The notes beneath the pieces are model-generated. The model made no database searches, had not been told where the DNA came from, and was given only the letters and a program-made list of their open reading frames with translations. Below are positions 25,019 to 35,516 of a DNA stretch of 64,000 nucleotides, one piece after another (within the stretch, counting starts at the first letter, position 1; every line of letters begins with the position of its first letter). Where the stretch lies: positions 10,486 to 74,485 of the IMG/VR virus record IMGVR_UViG_3300035703_000061; one strand, written 5' to 3'. This DNA comes from a virus. Made by a program: the position numbers and the translations under genes.

Positions 25019-25927
25019 ATGTCTGAATTCCGTATGGATGATGCGGGCCTGTTCCTTGAGCGTCAGCTTGAGTACATTCGCCCCCAAGTCTTTGAAGTGC
25101 AGTATGCGGATATTAAATATCCCACTGTGCTGCCCGTTACTGCTGAAGCTGGTCCTGGCGCCCAGACCTTCACCTATCGCATCATGGACTCCACTGGTGA
25201 GTTCAAGCTGATTGCGGACGCTGCTGATGATCTGCCCCGTGCCGACATCAGCCAAGTGGAGAAGAGCATCAACATCCGTTCATTCGGTGGCAGCTTTGGC
25301 TACACCGTGCAAGAACTGCGTGCTGCTCAAATGGCCAACATCGCTCTGGAGCAGCGTCGTGCTGCTGCCGTGCGTCGTGCCTATGAAGAGAAAGTGGAGA
25401 GCCTGGCTTTCTTCGGCGAAAGCTCTGTGGGTCTCGCTGGTTTCTTCAACAACTCCACTGTGGACGTTGTTGCTGCTGACAAGTGGTTCACCACTGCCGG
25501 CACCACTGCCCAGGAAATGCTGGAGCTGCTGAACTATGGCGTGACTGCCATCATCAACGGCTCGAAGATGAAGGAGCAGCCCGACACCATTCTGCTGTCC
25601 TACGCGGATTACAACAAGATCAGCACCACTCGTAACTCCGATTCTTCGGACGTGACCGTGCTTGAGTACTTCCTGCGTACCAACCCCTACATCCGCAACG
25701 TTGAGCCCATCAACCAGTTGGAAGCTGACAACAGCCCGCTGAACACTGACCGTATGGTTGTGTACAAGCGTGATCCTGAGAAGGTGCAACTGCACATTCC
25801 TCAGCCTCTTGAGCTGTTCCCGCCCCAACAGCGTGGCCTGGAATTCATCGTTCCTGCTCACGCCCGCGTGGGTGGCGTTGCTCTTTACTATCCCAAGAGC
25901 ATGATCTACGTGCAGGCATCTGCCTGA
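25019..25927 (+). CDS. major capsid protein (DUF2184-type)
   Basis: FLERQLEYI, GYTVQELRAA, LAFFG..GFFN, RMVVY, RVGGVALYYP; strongly biased codon usage. Confidence 0.9.
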   Translation: MSEFRMDDAGLFLERQLEYIRPQVFEVQYADIKYPTVLPVTAEAGPGAQTFTYRIMDSTGEFKLIADAADDLPRADISQVEKSINIRSFGGSFGYTVQELRAAQMANIALEQRRAAAVRRAYEEKVESLAFFGESSVGLAGFFNNSTVDVVAADKWFTTAGTTAQEMLELLNYGVTAIINGSKMKEQPDTILLSYADYNKISTTRNSDSSDVTVLEYFLRTNPYIRNVEPINQLEADNSPLNTDRMVVYKRDPEKVQLHIPQPLELFPPQQRGLEFIVPAHARVGGVALYYPKSMIYVQASA

Positions 25928-25983
25928 GGATAGTTAATCAAGAAGAGGGGCGTTAAGCTATTAGCAATTGTTTTTCTTGAACA

Positions 25984-26370
25984 ATGCTGATTGCTTATCG
26001 TCCCGAACTTGAAAATCCCCCTCGTGATGCAGGGTTTGGCATTATCACCAAGAGCGGGCTCATTCAACTGACGCCTGGTCTTAATCAGGAAATTCCTGAC
26101 GAAAAGTGGAAGGAAGCGAAGGAGAACGGCACTGTTAAAAAGCTTCTTGCTATTGGTGCCATTGAAGAAATGAAAGAACAAGTGATGGTAGAAGACCTGC
26201 CTGAGAATGTTCAAAGCCTTAGCGAACTTCCCCTTACGCAAGCCATTCGCGCCATTGAACTCATCCATGATCCAGATCGTCTGGCAGACTGGAAGAAGAT
26301 TGAAGGGCGCATTCGCGTAAGGAATGCCATTGCAAAGCGCGTTGAAGCAATTCGTATTGGGAAAGCCTGA
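25984..26370 (+). CDS. hypothetical head-associated protein
   Basis: 128 aa ORF after the capsid gene. Confidence 0.7.
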   Translation: MLIAYRPELENPPRDAGFGIITKSGLIQLTPGLNQEIPDEKWKEAKENGTVKKLLAIGAIEEMKEQVMVEDLPENVQSLSELPLTQAIRAIELIHDPDRLADWKKIEGRIRVRNAIAKRVEAIRIGKA

Positions 26371-26372
26371 TT

Positions 26373-26684
26373 ATGGCAGTTACCTACGCAAGCTTTCTTG
26401 AGCGCTTCCCTGAATTTAGCCCACATCCTTCTGGCATTGTTAATGGTGCCATTGCAGAAGCTTCTTACGATGCTTCTAGTGATGTGTTTGGGGATCAAAC
26501 TGATAGGGCAGTCAAATTCCTTGCTGCCCATATCATTGCCATTCAACTTGCTCAAATGGGCATTCAAATTGGTGCCACTGATGGCAAGGTATATGGTGAG
26601 GGGCTTGATGCCACTCAATACGGTCAGGAGTTTAAACGAATGACCAATAATCTTCCTCTTTCTTCTGTTGGGTTTGTGGTGTGA
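26373..26684 (+). CDS. head-tail adaptor (DUF4054-like)
   Basis: FLERFPEF..FLAAH..TQYGQEF. Confidence 0.8.
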   Translation: MAVTYASFLERFPEFSPHPSGIVNGAIAEASYDASSDVFGDQTDRAVKFLAAHIIAIQLAQMGIQIGATDGKVYGEGLDATQYGQEFKRMTNNLPLSSVGFVV

Positions 26685-27070
26685 GCAATTTTCTGGAGCC
26701 ACTTGCAAATGCCACTTTGGTGTTTAATGTGGCTTCGGGCTACGCTCTCGATAGTGAAACTGGCAACTATGTGCCAGTTTCTTCTGGCGTGACGTTTTAC
26801 GCCACACTCAAGCAAAAGCAAAATCCACGGTACGACCAACTATTGGGGGCTGATCTGACTGCCGTCTACATGGAAGGCAGGATGACCAGTCCTCTTACTT
26901 TGTCTGGCATAACCGTTGGCGATAGTGCTAGGGCTACCATCAATGGAAGGGAAGGAAGGTTTGAGCTATTGCCGAATGAACAAATTGCTATTCACTATTG
27001 GCAGTTCTTAGGCACACCAATCAGGGGAATTTTTAGACTGATTGGCAAAGGAAGCGTGGACAACGCTTAA
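26681..27070 (+). CDS. putative head closure protein
   Basis: Position in the neck module; GTGA overlap. Confidence 0.6.
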   Translation: MSNFLEPLANATLVFNVASGYALDSETGNYVPVSSGVTFYATLKQKQNPRYDQLLGADLTAVYMEGRMTSPLTLSGITVGDSARATINGREGRFELLPNEQIAIHYWQFLGTPIRGIFRLIGKGSVDNA

Positions 27071-27097
27071 CCCTCTTCTTTCATTGAGGAATTTCTC

Positions 27098-27676
27098 ATG
27101 CTCTACCATCCCACCGAGCTAGTGAAGAGCCAGGACGTGATTGTCCGCGTGGGCTCTATTGGCGGCACTTCTCGTCCTGTCATCACTCAATCTGGCGCTA
27201 CTTTCACTGTTAGCGGCGCTCCCACTCTCTACACGCTGCAGGCAGCCACTACTGCTTCTGTTGCCTTTAACGATGGCAACCAAGAATTCTACCTGCTGGG
27301 TGGCGGTGGCTTCGCTGATAGCGTGATCGTTACCAGCCAAGCCACTGCTTCCATCACTTCCTACTTCCAGAAGGATGTTGACGGCACCGTGTTCCTGCCG
27401 AACAGCTTTGATGAAGCTTTCCAAGTGGTAAGCGCTAGCCGTTACGACAAGAACCACGAAGTGTATGTGGAAATCAACAAGCAGCTTGGCGCTTCGGGCA
27501 ACACTTACTATTACGACCGCGTGGCATTTGTTGCTTGCGTGATGAACTACAACGAGAGCTATCCTGCTGATAACCTCGTGGAAGTGACATTTGATCTGAC
27601 CAGCCGTGGCCGCATTGGTATTCACCAGAATGCTTCCGAAACTGGCAGCATCATCCCCACCGCTCCTAATTCCTGA
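27098..27676 (+). CDS. major tail tube protein
   Basis: Biased codon usage, beta-rich, followed by a strong terminator; NYNESYPADNLVEVTFDL. Confidence 0.75.
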   Translation: MLYHPTELVKSQDVIVRVGSIGGTSRPVITQSGATFTVSGAPTLYTLQAATTASVAFNDGNQEFYLLGGGGFADSVIVTSQATASITSYFQKDVDGTVFLPNSFDEAFQVVSASRYDKNHEVYVEINKQLGASGNTYYYDRVAFVACVMNYNESYPADNLVEVTFDLTSRGRIGIHQNASETGSIIPTAPNS

Positions 27677-27697
27677 TTCTTTTATTGAATCTTCGCT

Positions 27698-27725
27698 AGC
27701 CTGTTCCTACGGGAACAGGCTTTTT
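27698..27725 (+). terminator. intrinsic terminator
   Basis: AGCCTGTTCC-TACG-GGAACAGGCT followed by TTTT. Confidence 0.85.
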
Positions 27726-27726
27726 A

Positions 27727-28137
27727 ATGAACATTTCACAACTGCGCGAGACAGTTACTGAGCTGCTTTCTGCATCGCCTAATCTTATTGGCACTTATAC
27801 ATTGCCAAATAATTCAACGCTTCCTGCTGTGTATGTAGTGGGCAGGCAAAGCGTGCCAAAGGAATGGAAAGTGAAAGGGCTAGAAGTGACCATGCGGGAA
27901 TTTCCCAATCGACTGCCTCGCGCCATGGTAGGAATGGTGCAAGTTAATCAATTGTGGGAAGTGAGGCTTGCTCAATTCACGCCGAGCAGCGCCACGTTAA
28001 ATGAAGCGATGGAAAGAATGGTCAGGAGATTTCCTGATTGCACTCCGTCATATTTCCCTGGCGATGATATTGCCTACGAGCAATGCAAATTTATCATTCC
28101 CGATCGCATTGTTAAACAATTGTATCCAGCAGGCTAA
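27727..28137 (+). CDS. putative tail terminator/completion protein
   Basis: Position and size. Confidence 0.55.
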   Translation: MNISQLRETVTELLSASPNLIGTYTLPNNSTLPAVYVVGRQSVPKEWKVKGLEVTMREFPNRLPRAMVGMVQVNQLWEVRLAQFTPSSATLNEAMERMVRRFPDCTPSYFPGDDIAYEQCKFIIPDRIVKQLYPAG

Positions 28138-28598
28138 TGTCGGCAATTATCACTGGCGGTAGTTTTGTTAATCCTGAACACCTCGTCAATAAGCTTGCAA
28201 AAGCTTTTGAAACTTGGACGCGCTTTGATGTGAATGATCATTTTCGCGATCAATTCTTTGAGGAAAAATGGGATTACGGCAGAGATACGAAGAGGAAGAA
28301 TGGAGACTTTGTCAATGCAGGCGTTCGTGATATTTATGATCTTGGCGATCTTTACAAGAGTGGAAGAGACAGCTTTGACGTGTCTTTGTCTTCATCTGGC
28401 GCTGAGGCCACTTGGAATTGGGACGCCACCAATAGCAGTGGTCAGCCTTATGCTCGATACGTACACGACGCATTGAGAGGAACGAACGTGCCATTTGCTA
28501 GACCATGGACTCAAGATGTTGCCATTCCAAGCCGGTTTGAGCAAAGCGCCATTAAGCAGCAGCTTTTACAACGCATTCGTTCTGCGATGGGACGATGA
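28137..28598 (+). CDS. putative neck/tail completion protein
   Basis: RDIYDLGDLYKS, YARYVH..ARPW motifs. Confidence 0.65.
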   Translation: MSAIITGGSFVNPEHLVNKLAKAFETWTRFDVNDHFRDQFFEEKWDYGRDTKRKNGDFVNAGVRDIYDLGDLYKSGRDSFDVSLSSSGAEATWNWDATNSSGQPYARYVHDALRGTNVPFARPWTQDVAIPSRFEQSAIKQQLLQRIRSAMGR

Positions 28599-28858
28599 AA
28601 ATCGACTATTTATGGAGCGCTGACAATACAGTGCATGCCATTAATTGCTTAATTGATGGCGCTGCTTTAGAAGTGGGCATCCTTTGTCTTGTTTCTTGCA
28701 GGGAAACGACCATTAGAATAAGCAACGAAAATCATTCAATGCTGATTGAAGTGCCACCAGAATTCCGCTCTTCTCATGAGCGAGTGAAGGTGTACAACGC
28801 ATTGTTAAACATTCTCGATCATGAGCAAATACAGCTTCCTAGTTCAAACCAAGACTGA
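28595..28858 (+). CDS. hypothetical protein
   Basis: ATGA-coupled 87 aa ORF. Confidence 0.55.
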   Translation: MKIDYLWSADNTVHAINCLIDGAALEVGILCLVSCRETTIRISNENHSMLIEVPPEFRSSHERVKVYNALLNILDHEQIQLPSSNQD

Positions 28859-29354
28859 AGGCTATTTCGAGCTGCTGCCCGAAATCCGTCTGAAGAAATA
28901 TGGCAGTTGGCTTGTTGCTGAATCCATTGAACAGGAGGAGATCAGCAAACTGCAAAGCCAAGCTACCATTCGTGCCGTTCAGCTTGCAAAGCGCATTGCT
29001 GCCTCGCGTGAGATTCCTCTAGATGAGGCCTTTGCGCTGTTGCAGGGCGGTGGCTCTATTTCAGAGGCCGAGCTGCTTTCTGAGTTCACAGAGGAGACGC
29101 TGAGCATGATCACCAGTGGATCGTCAGTGGAAGCCACTAATGCTCGCATGGTCACTGCTTTCATTCGTTCTCGTGGACAGGGCCTTATTGATGGCGAGTG
29201 GCAGGATCTTGGCGACTGGGAGATTGAAGACACCAAAAATCTTCCTCGTAAAGCCATTGCAAAAGTGGTTGAATTTATTGCTGAAGAGCAAAACGCTGAG
29301 ACGCAGGAGGCTGTAGAAGCAAAAAAAGCAGTGAAGAGGAATTCTCCTCAGTAG
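28821..29354 (+). CDS. tail assembly chaperone (gpG-like)
   Basis: Upstream of the tape measure; in-frame A_AAA_AAA at 29321-29327. Confidence 0.78.
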   Translation: MSKYSFLVQTKTEGYFELLPEIRLKKYGSWLVAESIEQEEISKLQSQATIRAVQLAKRIAASREIPLDEAFALLQGGGSISEAELLSEFTEETLSMITSGSSVEATNARMVTAFIRSRGQGLIDGEWQDLGDWEIEDTKNLPRKAIAKVVEFIAEEQNAETQEAVEAKKAVKRNSPQ

Positions 29355-29794
29355 CAGAAAGGCTTGAAGCACAAGCAAGGAAGCAGCTTAAGAGCCTGAC
29401 AGATTGGAACGAAATCTATTTCAGGCTCTCAGCTTCTGATTTCAAAGACGAGCGATGGAGCGCCAAAAATTTTGGCCTCCAGAAGCTTGATGACGTTAAG
29501 CGTGCACTGAAATATCTTGACCGTCATGACATTGCAAAATACAATGTCGCAAGTGTTGCCGTGGCCAAGCTTGGCACTATGGCAGCAGGGATGATGGCGG
29601 GAAGAAAGAGCAAAGTAAAGCCTGAGGATTTCTTGCCGTTTGATACTAAGCAGCTTAAGAAAGAAGATGGCGTGACAGATGCAAGCTTGATTGTTCTACA
29701 GCGTCTGATGAAGACAAGAAGAATGGACGGGCGCGTTATTGCATTGCTTGCTGATGAAATGAAGGCTTTTGCTGGGCGCAATCAAGAGCAATGA
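29321..29794 (+). CDS. tail assembly chaperone -1 frameshift extension (gpT-like)
   Basis: -1 frame is open from the slippery site to 29794; hairpin GAGGA-ATTC-TCCTC downstream. Confidence 0.75.
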   Translation, partial: KKSSEEEFSSVAERLEAQARKQLKSLTDWNEIYFRLSASDFKDERWSAKNFGLQKLDDVKRALKYLDRHDIAKYNVASVAVAKLGTMAAGMMAGRKSKVKPEDFLPFDTKQLKKEDGVTDASLIVLQRLMKTRRMDGRVIALLADEMKAFAGRNQEQ

Positions 29795-29828
29795 TTATAG
29801 AATGAAGGGAAAGTAAGCGAAAATTAAA

Positions 29829-32800
29829 ATGGCAGCTCAAGACGCCGAACTAAAGCTGAAGGTAAGTCTTGATCTGGCGTTTCTTAGGCAGCAATTAAGC
29901 ACGATTGGCACGCAGCTCGCTGGACAAGGCATTGATATCAGCGCCGAAATTGACAAAGATGACGTAGTAAAACAATACAATTTACTTGCCAAAACTTTAG
30001 AAAGTAAGACTATTCGGCTAAAAGTTGAAAGTACCACGCTTGACTCTCTTGTTATTAAGGCCGCAAACCTTAAGAAAAACCTTGAAGAATTTGGCAAGCA
30101 AGATATTTCCTTAGATATTAAAATTGCCAGCAATATTGCCGATCTGCGTAAAAGCATCAAGGATAAACTTCCTTCTGTTGCTATTGATACTCATCTTAAT
30201 GAACCCGTAAATGTTTACGACTTTATTCGCGATGTAGCGAAAAAAGTCGACGATCAAGTGAAGAAAAGCTATGTAGCAGGCGGAATTCCTATTGTTACAA
30301 AGCTTGCATTGCCCGGACTCGCGGATCCGCTGAAAGCTCTGCAGAAAAATTTAAATCAAAGAGATCCGCTGCGAGCAAAAGTTGGCACAACCCCATCAAT
30401 TCAAAAGTCAGATGTGACAGCATTCAAGACTGCTGTCAGTGAAAAATTCAAGGACATCACTGTAAAAGTTAAAGCTGAGCTTGAAACTGCCACCGCTGCT
30501 GCGCAAGGCGCTACTACTGGGCCTTCTCGCACTTTCTTGCAAGAGCTAAAAGACTTAGACAAGAGCGTCCTTCAGAGCATTTACAAAGCCGCTGGCGAAG
30601 ATGCGTTACTGGCATTTGATGAAGGAATTATTAACAACAAAACAAAAATGGCGCAAGCCTTAAATAAGGCTGCGGAAGATGCAAGCGCTGGCTTTATTGC
30701 CGCCCTTGAAAACAAGAAGAGCGCGTTATTCAAGGCAGCAGGCGAATATGGAGGCGCATTGCTTAGCGGCCTCAGAAAAACTCTCAAGATTCAATCCCCT
30801 TCAAGGGAGATGTTTGATATTGGCGATGATGCGGGTAAAGGTTTTGAGCTTGGCTTATTAAAGGCCTTAGAGCTGGCAGAAAAGTCTGCTACTAATCAAA
30901 TGCGACGGATGTTAGACCGTCTCGCTCGCATGGCGCTCATGATGGGAGGCATGAGTGCTGCAGCAATTAACAGGCAAGTTGCACAGTCAAGAGCATTGCC
31001 TAGCGTTAATTTCCCCGCGACTGTACCGCCTCGTCAAAGCATCCCCATTGGACCTTCTGGAACAGGCAGGGCGTTGCCTCCTGGCGCTATTCCTCAAGCT
31101 CTGCCTGGCACTGCTTTTGGCGCTCAAAAATATCTTCCTACCAATCTTGGCATTGAATTACAGCAAATTCTGCAAAAAGCTGCATATGCTTTTGTTGATG
31201 CAGTTCGACGAGAAGTGAGAACTGTAAAAATTGGCATTGGCGCTTCAATGCAAGCAGCTCTTCCTGCTGCTCGCATTGCTGGCTTGCTTCCTTCTGCTGT
31301 TGGCCGCGCTCCTAGTACTTATTCCACAGGAGCAATTGGCGGTGAATCACGCGAGCAAATGATGGCGCGGCGTACAGCAGAAGCTTATGCACGTTCTGCG
31401 TTGCGTGGGATGGATGTAATGGGAGGAGGGGCTGGTCGCCCTCCGTCTCCTTATAGCTATGCGTATAGGAGTGCAAGGCCAACCAGCGCAATTATTCCCT
31501 ATGCACAGCCCGGTGCAATTGTGCCGTCACCCGTTGCTGGCGAGGGAGGAGCAGTGCCTCCTGTGGGCGGCGGTGGAGGCATGCGAGGGATGGGAGGAAT
31601 GGGCGGCTTTGGTCGTGCATTGGGAGGCGTTAATCTTCCTGGCGCAGGAGCCATTCGTGAACTTGGTCAAGAATTTGCTTTTGCTACGCAGCAAGTATTG
31701 CTCTTTGGTCAAGCATATAAAATGCTTGCCTTTATTCAGAATTTTCCGACACAAGTTGGAGCGGCGGTAAGTCAGCTTCAAAACTTCCGCAATACTCTTG
31801 GTGCCATTTCTCCAACCGCAGAAGAAGCGGCATCTTCTAATCGTTTAATTCTTGATTTGGTTGAGAAATATAATGTGCCGCTGCAGTCGGCACGAGATGG
31901 CTTTACGAAGCTTTATGCTTCTATGGCTCCTGCTGGCTTTAGCGGAGATGAAATCAGGAATTTATTCACTGGCATTACGCAAGCTGCTGCCACATTTGGC
32001 ATGAGCGCAGACAAAGTGGATCGCGTAAATTATGCCTTTGCTCAAATGGCAAGCAAAGGACAAGTGATGAGCGAAGAGCTGAAAGGACAGTTAGGCGATG
32101 TACTACCTGGCGCTATGGCAATTTTTGCAAAGGCCGCTGGATTTGAAGGGTCAAAAGCTATTCAAGACTTTTCTGCGGAGTTAGAAGCTGGCAGATACAA
32201 AGGCGAGGCGATGGTCGCATTGCTTAAAAATGTTGGCATTGTAATGAGGCAGGAATTCGGCTCTGGAGCCGAAGGCGCAGCTTTGACTTTTCAAGGCATT
32301 ATTAATCGCATGCAAAATTCAATGATCCTCTTATATGAGAGCTTTGAGCCTGTTGCCGTGGGATTTTTGAATACTGTCGTTGTGCCATTAACTGATGGAA
32401 TTAGGCAAATTTCCGATGGATTTAATGCTTTCTTTACTGGAGCAGCAACAAAAACGAGCGGCGGCTTTGGAATAGCCCAAGAACTTGAACGTCTTAAGCC
32501 GACATTTGAAGGCCTTGGCCAAAACGTAAAAGCTTTGATTGAGCAATTTGGTCAATTTGCTCGGGCCGGGCTAGAAGTGGGCAAGGTGTTATTGCAAATT
32601 GCGGGCAATCCATTCGTTGGTTACCTCGCGCGTGTATATGCTGCTGTGCTCCCGTTGACGCTGGCAATTCAGGTTCTAAATTTAAGAGCCCTTGTTCCCT
32701 TGATTGCTAGTTTTGTGCGCGCCATTCCAGTGTTTGTTACTTATACAGCGGCAACTGCTCAAGGTGTTACCGCCAACAAGGCATTGCAGTTAGCGATGGT

Positions 32801-35516
32801 AACTACAGGGAAAACTGCTGGCGTTACGGCAACTCAAATTAGAACAGTTGGAACTGCAATGAAGGCAGCTTTTGCCGGCACCGTTATCGGCTCTGTTTTG
32901 CTTGGCATTGGCATGTTGATAGAGAAAATTATTTCTTTAAATGCGTCAATGGCCGACACGAAAGCAAAGGCCATGGGAGCCGCGCAAGCTATTCGCTCGA
33001 TGTCGCAAACAGAAGCCCAGCAGGCCACTAGACAATACGAGGCGGGAGCGCAAAGTTTAAAAGGATTAAATGAAGAGATAGAGCAAGGGAAGCTTAAGGG
33101 AAAGGCTTGGATTGAAGTGACATCTCAGCAAGCGAAGGCATTGCAAGATGCTGGAGTGATTGTTTCAAATGTCAGAGGCTCTTTACAGGTGCAGCCAACG
33201 CGAGTGACGGGAGCATTTCAGAAATTACAAGGACTAGCAGCGGAGGGAAAATATAGACAAGAGCTACTTTCCTATGAAGAAAAACAAGCGCAGCAGACAG
33301 TATCGCTTCCTCCTATTCCCGCCGGAGGAGGTGAAGAGAAAGGGAATGAAAAAGCGCTAGCAAAAGCCGCAGAAGAAGCCCGTAGACTTGCTGATGATAA
33401 GCGTAAGTACGAAGCTGATTTAATGAATATTAGCTTTGATCAAGCAATTAACTTGAGCGATATGGAATTTGAGCATTGGAAAAACTTGCAGCAGGCGAAA
33501 TACGATTTTCTTGAGGCAGGACAAAACGAATGGATGAGCAGAGAATTGAAATTCCAACGCGATCTTCAGGCTATTGAAATTCGCAGAATTGAGACAATTC
33601 GCAAAGCGCAAGTTGATACCGCTAAAGCTGAAATGAAGGCAGCTACGAGCGCTTATGTGGCGGAAGATTCCGGCGCTGGCGGGGGTGCTGCCATGTTCGG
33701 CGCTACCGGGAGAGTGTTCAACGCTCCTGGCTGGGTTCATGGTCATTTTCAAAACATGAACCGAGAGGCATTAGTTCAAGACACTGTTGAAGTGGTAATG
33801 AAGCTTCTGCAGCAAGGTGTTAAGCCTGAGTTGGGTAGCGGGCAAAAATTCACTGCTGGAATGCAGCAAGCTCAAGTGGAGCAGTTAGTGCGTCGTGGCA
33901 TTGCTTCGCATAAATCGTACGCGAGTGGAGTTGGGGCTATTGATGTGTTTGTTCCGCAAGGGACGCGAGTGCCAGTTGGCTTGTCAGGAGTGAGCAATCT
34001 CGGTGGCGCCGCTGGTGTTTCCGGGAATCTGCCTCGTGGCACGCAATTAATGCACCTCGATCCCAGCTCGCGCTCTGGAGCGGCTGGTGCAGCGCCTGCT
34101 GGAGTGCCTGCTTCAAGAATAAGAGCAGAAGCGAAGAAGGATTATGCTTCGGCGCTTGCAAGTCAAGAAGCAATTAATGCGAAAGAAAAAGAAAATCTTG
34201 CCACTAAATATGCAAATATTCAGGCGCAACAAGAGCTTAATGTTCTCATTCGAGAATACACTGCCTCCATTGTTCCAGTGGAACAGCAAAAGCTTGAAAA
34301 TACTCTCTTACAAAATCGCATTAGTTTAATCTCGTCCGGGGCGTTTGGAGATGCTCTTGAGACTGAACAGAAGATTAGCGAAGCCAGAGAAAAAGCTGCT
34401 CTTGGCGTGCAAATGGCCAATGCTCAAATTGAGCAAAATAACAAACTAGTAAAAGATGGAATTATCAAGCAAGAAGAAGCAGATAAGCTAAATGCTTCTC
34501 AAGTGGAAAAAATTAAGCAGCTCACTCAGGGGCTTGAAGCTTACATCCCACTGCTAAGAGAAAGACTGAAGCTTGAGCAATCAAGTGCAGAAGCTACTTT
34601 GCGTGGTGAAATCACTCGCGCCACTCCTCTGGGAGGCATGGGACTTTCTGCTGGTTTTATTGGTCCTGCTAGCGATAGGTTTGAGGAGGCGATTGGTCGT
34701 GGGGCCACACAAGATGAGGCGTCGCGTTTCGCCGAATTACAGAATCAACTCACTCTTCTTGAGAGCAGAAATGAGGCTATCAAGCAGTCCATCTATGGCA
34801 TTGGCAATGCTTTTGGCGAAGCTTTAACTACTGGCGTAGCAAGCCTCGTTTCCGGCACTGCCACTGCTAAAGAAGTATTTGCAAGCTTCTTGCAAAGCGT
34901 GGGTCAAGCTTTGTCTCAAGCGGCTTCGCAGATGATTGCCACTTACATTGCCATTGGTATTGCAAAAATGTTTGCGGGCCTTGGCGGAGGCGGTGGAAAT
35001 CCAGCAGGTAGCGGAGGAGGGATCTCTGACATTCTCCCTGGGGCAAGTAAATACATGGAAGGAGGAGGCGCTGCACTTGGCGCTAGCGCTGGTACATTCG
35101 GTGCCGTAACAACAGGCTACGCTAATGGCGGCATTGTGCCCGGCGGCTTCCGGGCGTTTGCCAACGGTGGCGTCGTCAGTGGTCCTACGCTTGGCCTTGT
35201 AGGCGAAGGCAAGTACAACGAAGCCATTGTCCCCCTCCCAGATGGTCGTTCCATTCCCGTGCAGCTTGGTGGACGTTCTGCCCGTGACCTCATGGGCAAT
35301 GGCGCCCCAGGTATGCCTCAAGCGCCTTCTCTGAGCATGAAGTTTGAAACGACTAAGATTAATGGCGTAGAATACGTTAGCAGAGAACAATTAGAGCAGG
35401 CAATGGCAGAAACTCGTCGCGCTTCCATTGCAGGCGGTGCTCAACGAGGCATGTCAATGACGCTCGATAAGATTAAGCAAAGCCCCTCCACTCGCTCTAG
35501 TATTGGTATCCGCTAA
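29829..35516 (+). CDS. tape measure protein
   Basis: 1895 aa, Ala/Gly-rich helical; AFAQMASKGQVMSEELKGQLGD; C-terminal FANGGVVSGPTLGLVGEG. Confidence 0.93.
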   Translation: MAAQDAELKLKVSLDLAFLRQQLSTIGTQLAGQGIDISAEIDKDDVVKQYNLLAKTLESKTIRLKVESTTLDSLVIKAANLKKNLEEFGKQDISLDIKIASNIADLRKSIKDKLPSVAIDTHLNEPVNVYDFIRDVAKKVDDQVKKSYVAGGIPIVTKLALPGLADPLKALQKNLNQRDPLRAKVGTTPSIQKSDVTAFKTAVSEKFKDITVKVKAELETATAAAQGATTGPSRTFLQELKDLDKSVLQSIYKAAGEDALLAFDEGIINNKTKMAQALNKAAEDASAGFIAALENKKSALFKAAGEYGGALLSGLRKTLKIQSPSREMFDIGDDAGKGFELGLLKALELAEKSATNQMRRMLDRLARMALMMGGMSAAAINRQVAQSRALPSVNFPATVPPRQSIPIGPSGTGRALPPGAIPQALPGTAFGAQKYLPTNLGIELQQILQKAAYAFVDAVRREVRTVKIGIGASMQAALPAARIAGLLPSAVGRAPSTYSTGAIGGESREQMMARRTAEAYARSALRGMDVMGGGAGRPPSPYSYAYRSARPTSAIIPYAQPGAIVPSPVAGEGGAVPPVGGGGGMRGMGGMGGFGRALGGVNLPGAGAIRELGQEFAFATQQVLLFGQAYKMLAFIQNFPTQVGAAVSQLQNFRNTLGAISPTAEEAASSNRLILDLVEKYNVPLQSARDGFTKLYASMAPAGFSGDEIRNLFTGITQAAATFGMSADKVDRVNYAFAQMASKGQVMSEELKGQLGDVLPGAMAIFAKAAGFEGSKAIQDFSAELEAGRYKGEAMVALLKNVGIVMRQEFGSGAEGAALTFQGIINRMQNSMILLYESFEPVAVGFLNTVVVPLTDGIRQISDGFNAFFTGAATKTSGGFGIAQELERLKPTFEGLGQNVKALIEQFGQFARAGLEVGKVLLQIAGNPFVGYLARVYAAVLPLTLAIQVLNLRALVPLIASFVRAIPVFVTYTAATAQGVTANKALQLAMVTTGKTAGVTATQIRTVGTAMKAAFAGTVIGSVLLGIGMLIEKIISLNASMADTKAKAMGAAQAIRSMSQTEAQQATRQYEAGAQSLKGLNEEIEQGKLKGKAWIEVTSQQAKALQDAGVIVSNVRGSLQVQPTRVTGAFQKLQGLAAEGKYRQELLSYEEKQAQQTVSLPPIPAGGGEEKGNEKALAKAAEEARRLADDKRKYEADLMNISFDQAINLSDMEFEHWKNLQQAKYDFLEAGQNEWMSRELKFQRDLQAIEIRRIETIRKAQVDTAKAEMKAATSAYVAEDSGAGGGAAMFGATGRVFNAPGWVHGHFQNMNREALVQDTVEVVMKLLQQGVKPELGSGQKFTAGMQQAQVEQLVRRGIASHKSYASGVGAIDVFVPQGTRVPVGLSGVSNLGGAAGVSGNLPRGTQLMHLDPSSRSGAAGAAPAGVPASRIRAEAKKDYASALASQEAINAKEKENLATKYANIQAQQELNVLIREYTASIVPVEQQKLENTLLQNRISLISSGAFGDALETEQKISEAREKAALGVQMANAQIEQNNKLVKDGIIKQEEADKLNASQVEKIKQLTQGLEAYIPLLRERLKLEQSSAEATLRGEITRATPLGGMGLSAGFIGPASDRFEEAIGRGATQDEASRFAELQNQLTLLESRNEAIKQSIYGIGNAFGEALTTGVASLVSGTATAKEVFASFLQSVGQALSQAASQMIATYIAIGIAKMFAGLGGGGGNPAGSGGGISDILPGASKYMEGGGAALGASAGTFGAVTTGYANGGIVPGGFRAFANGGVVSGPTLGLVGEGKYNEAIVPLPDGRSIPVQLGGRSARDLMGNGAPGMPQAPSLSMKFETTKINGVEYVSREQLEQAMAETRRASIAGGAQRGMSMTLDKIKQSPSTRSSIGIR

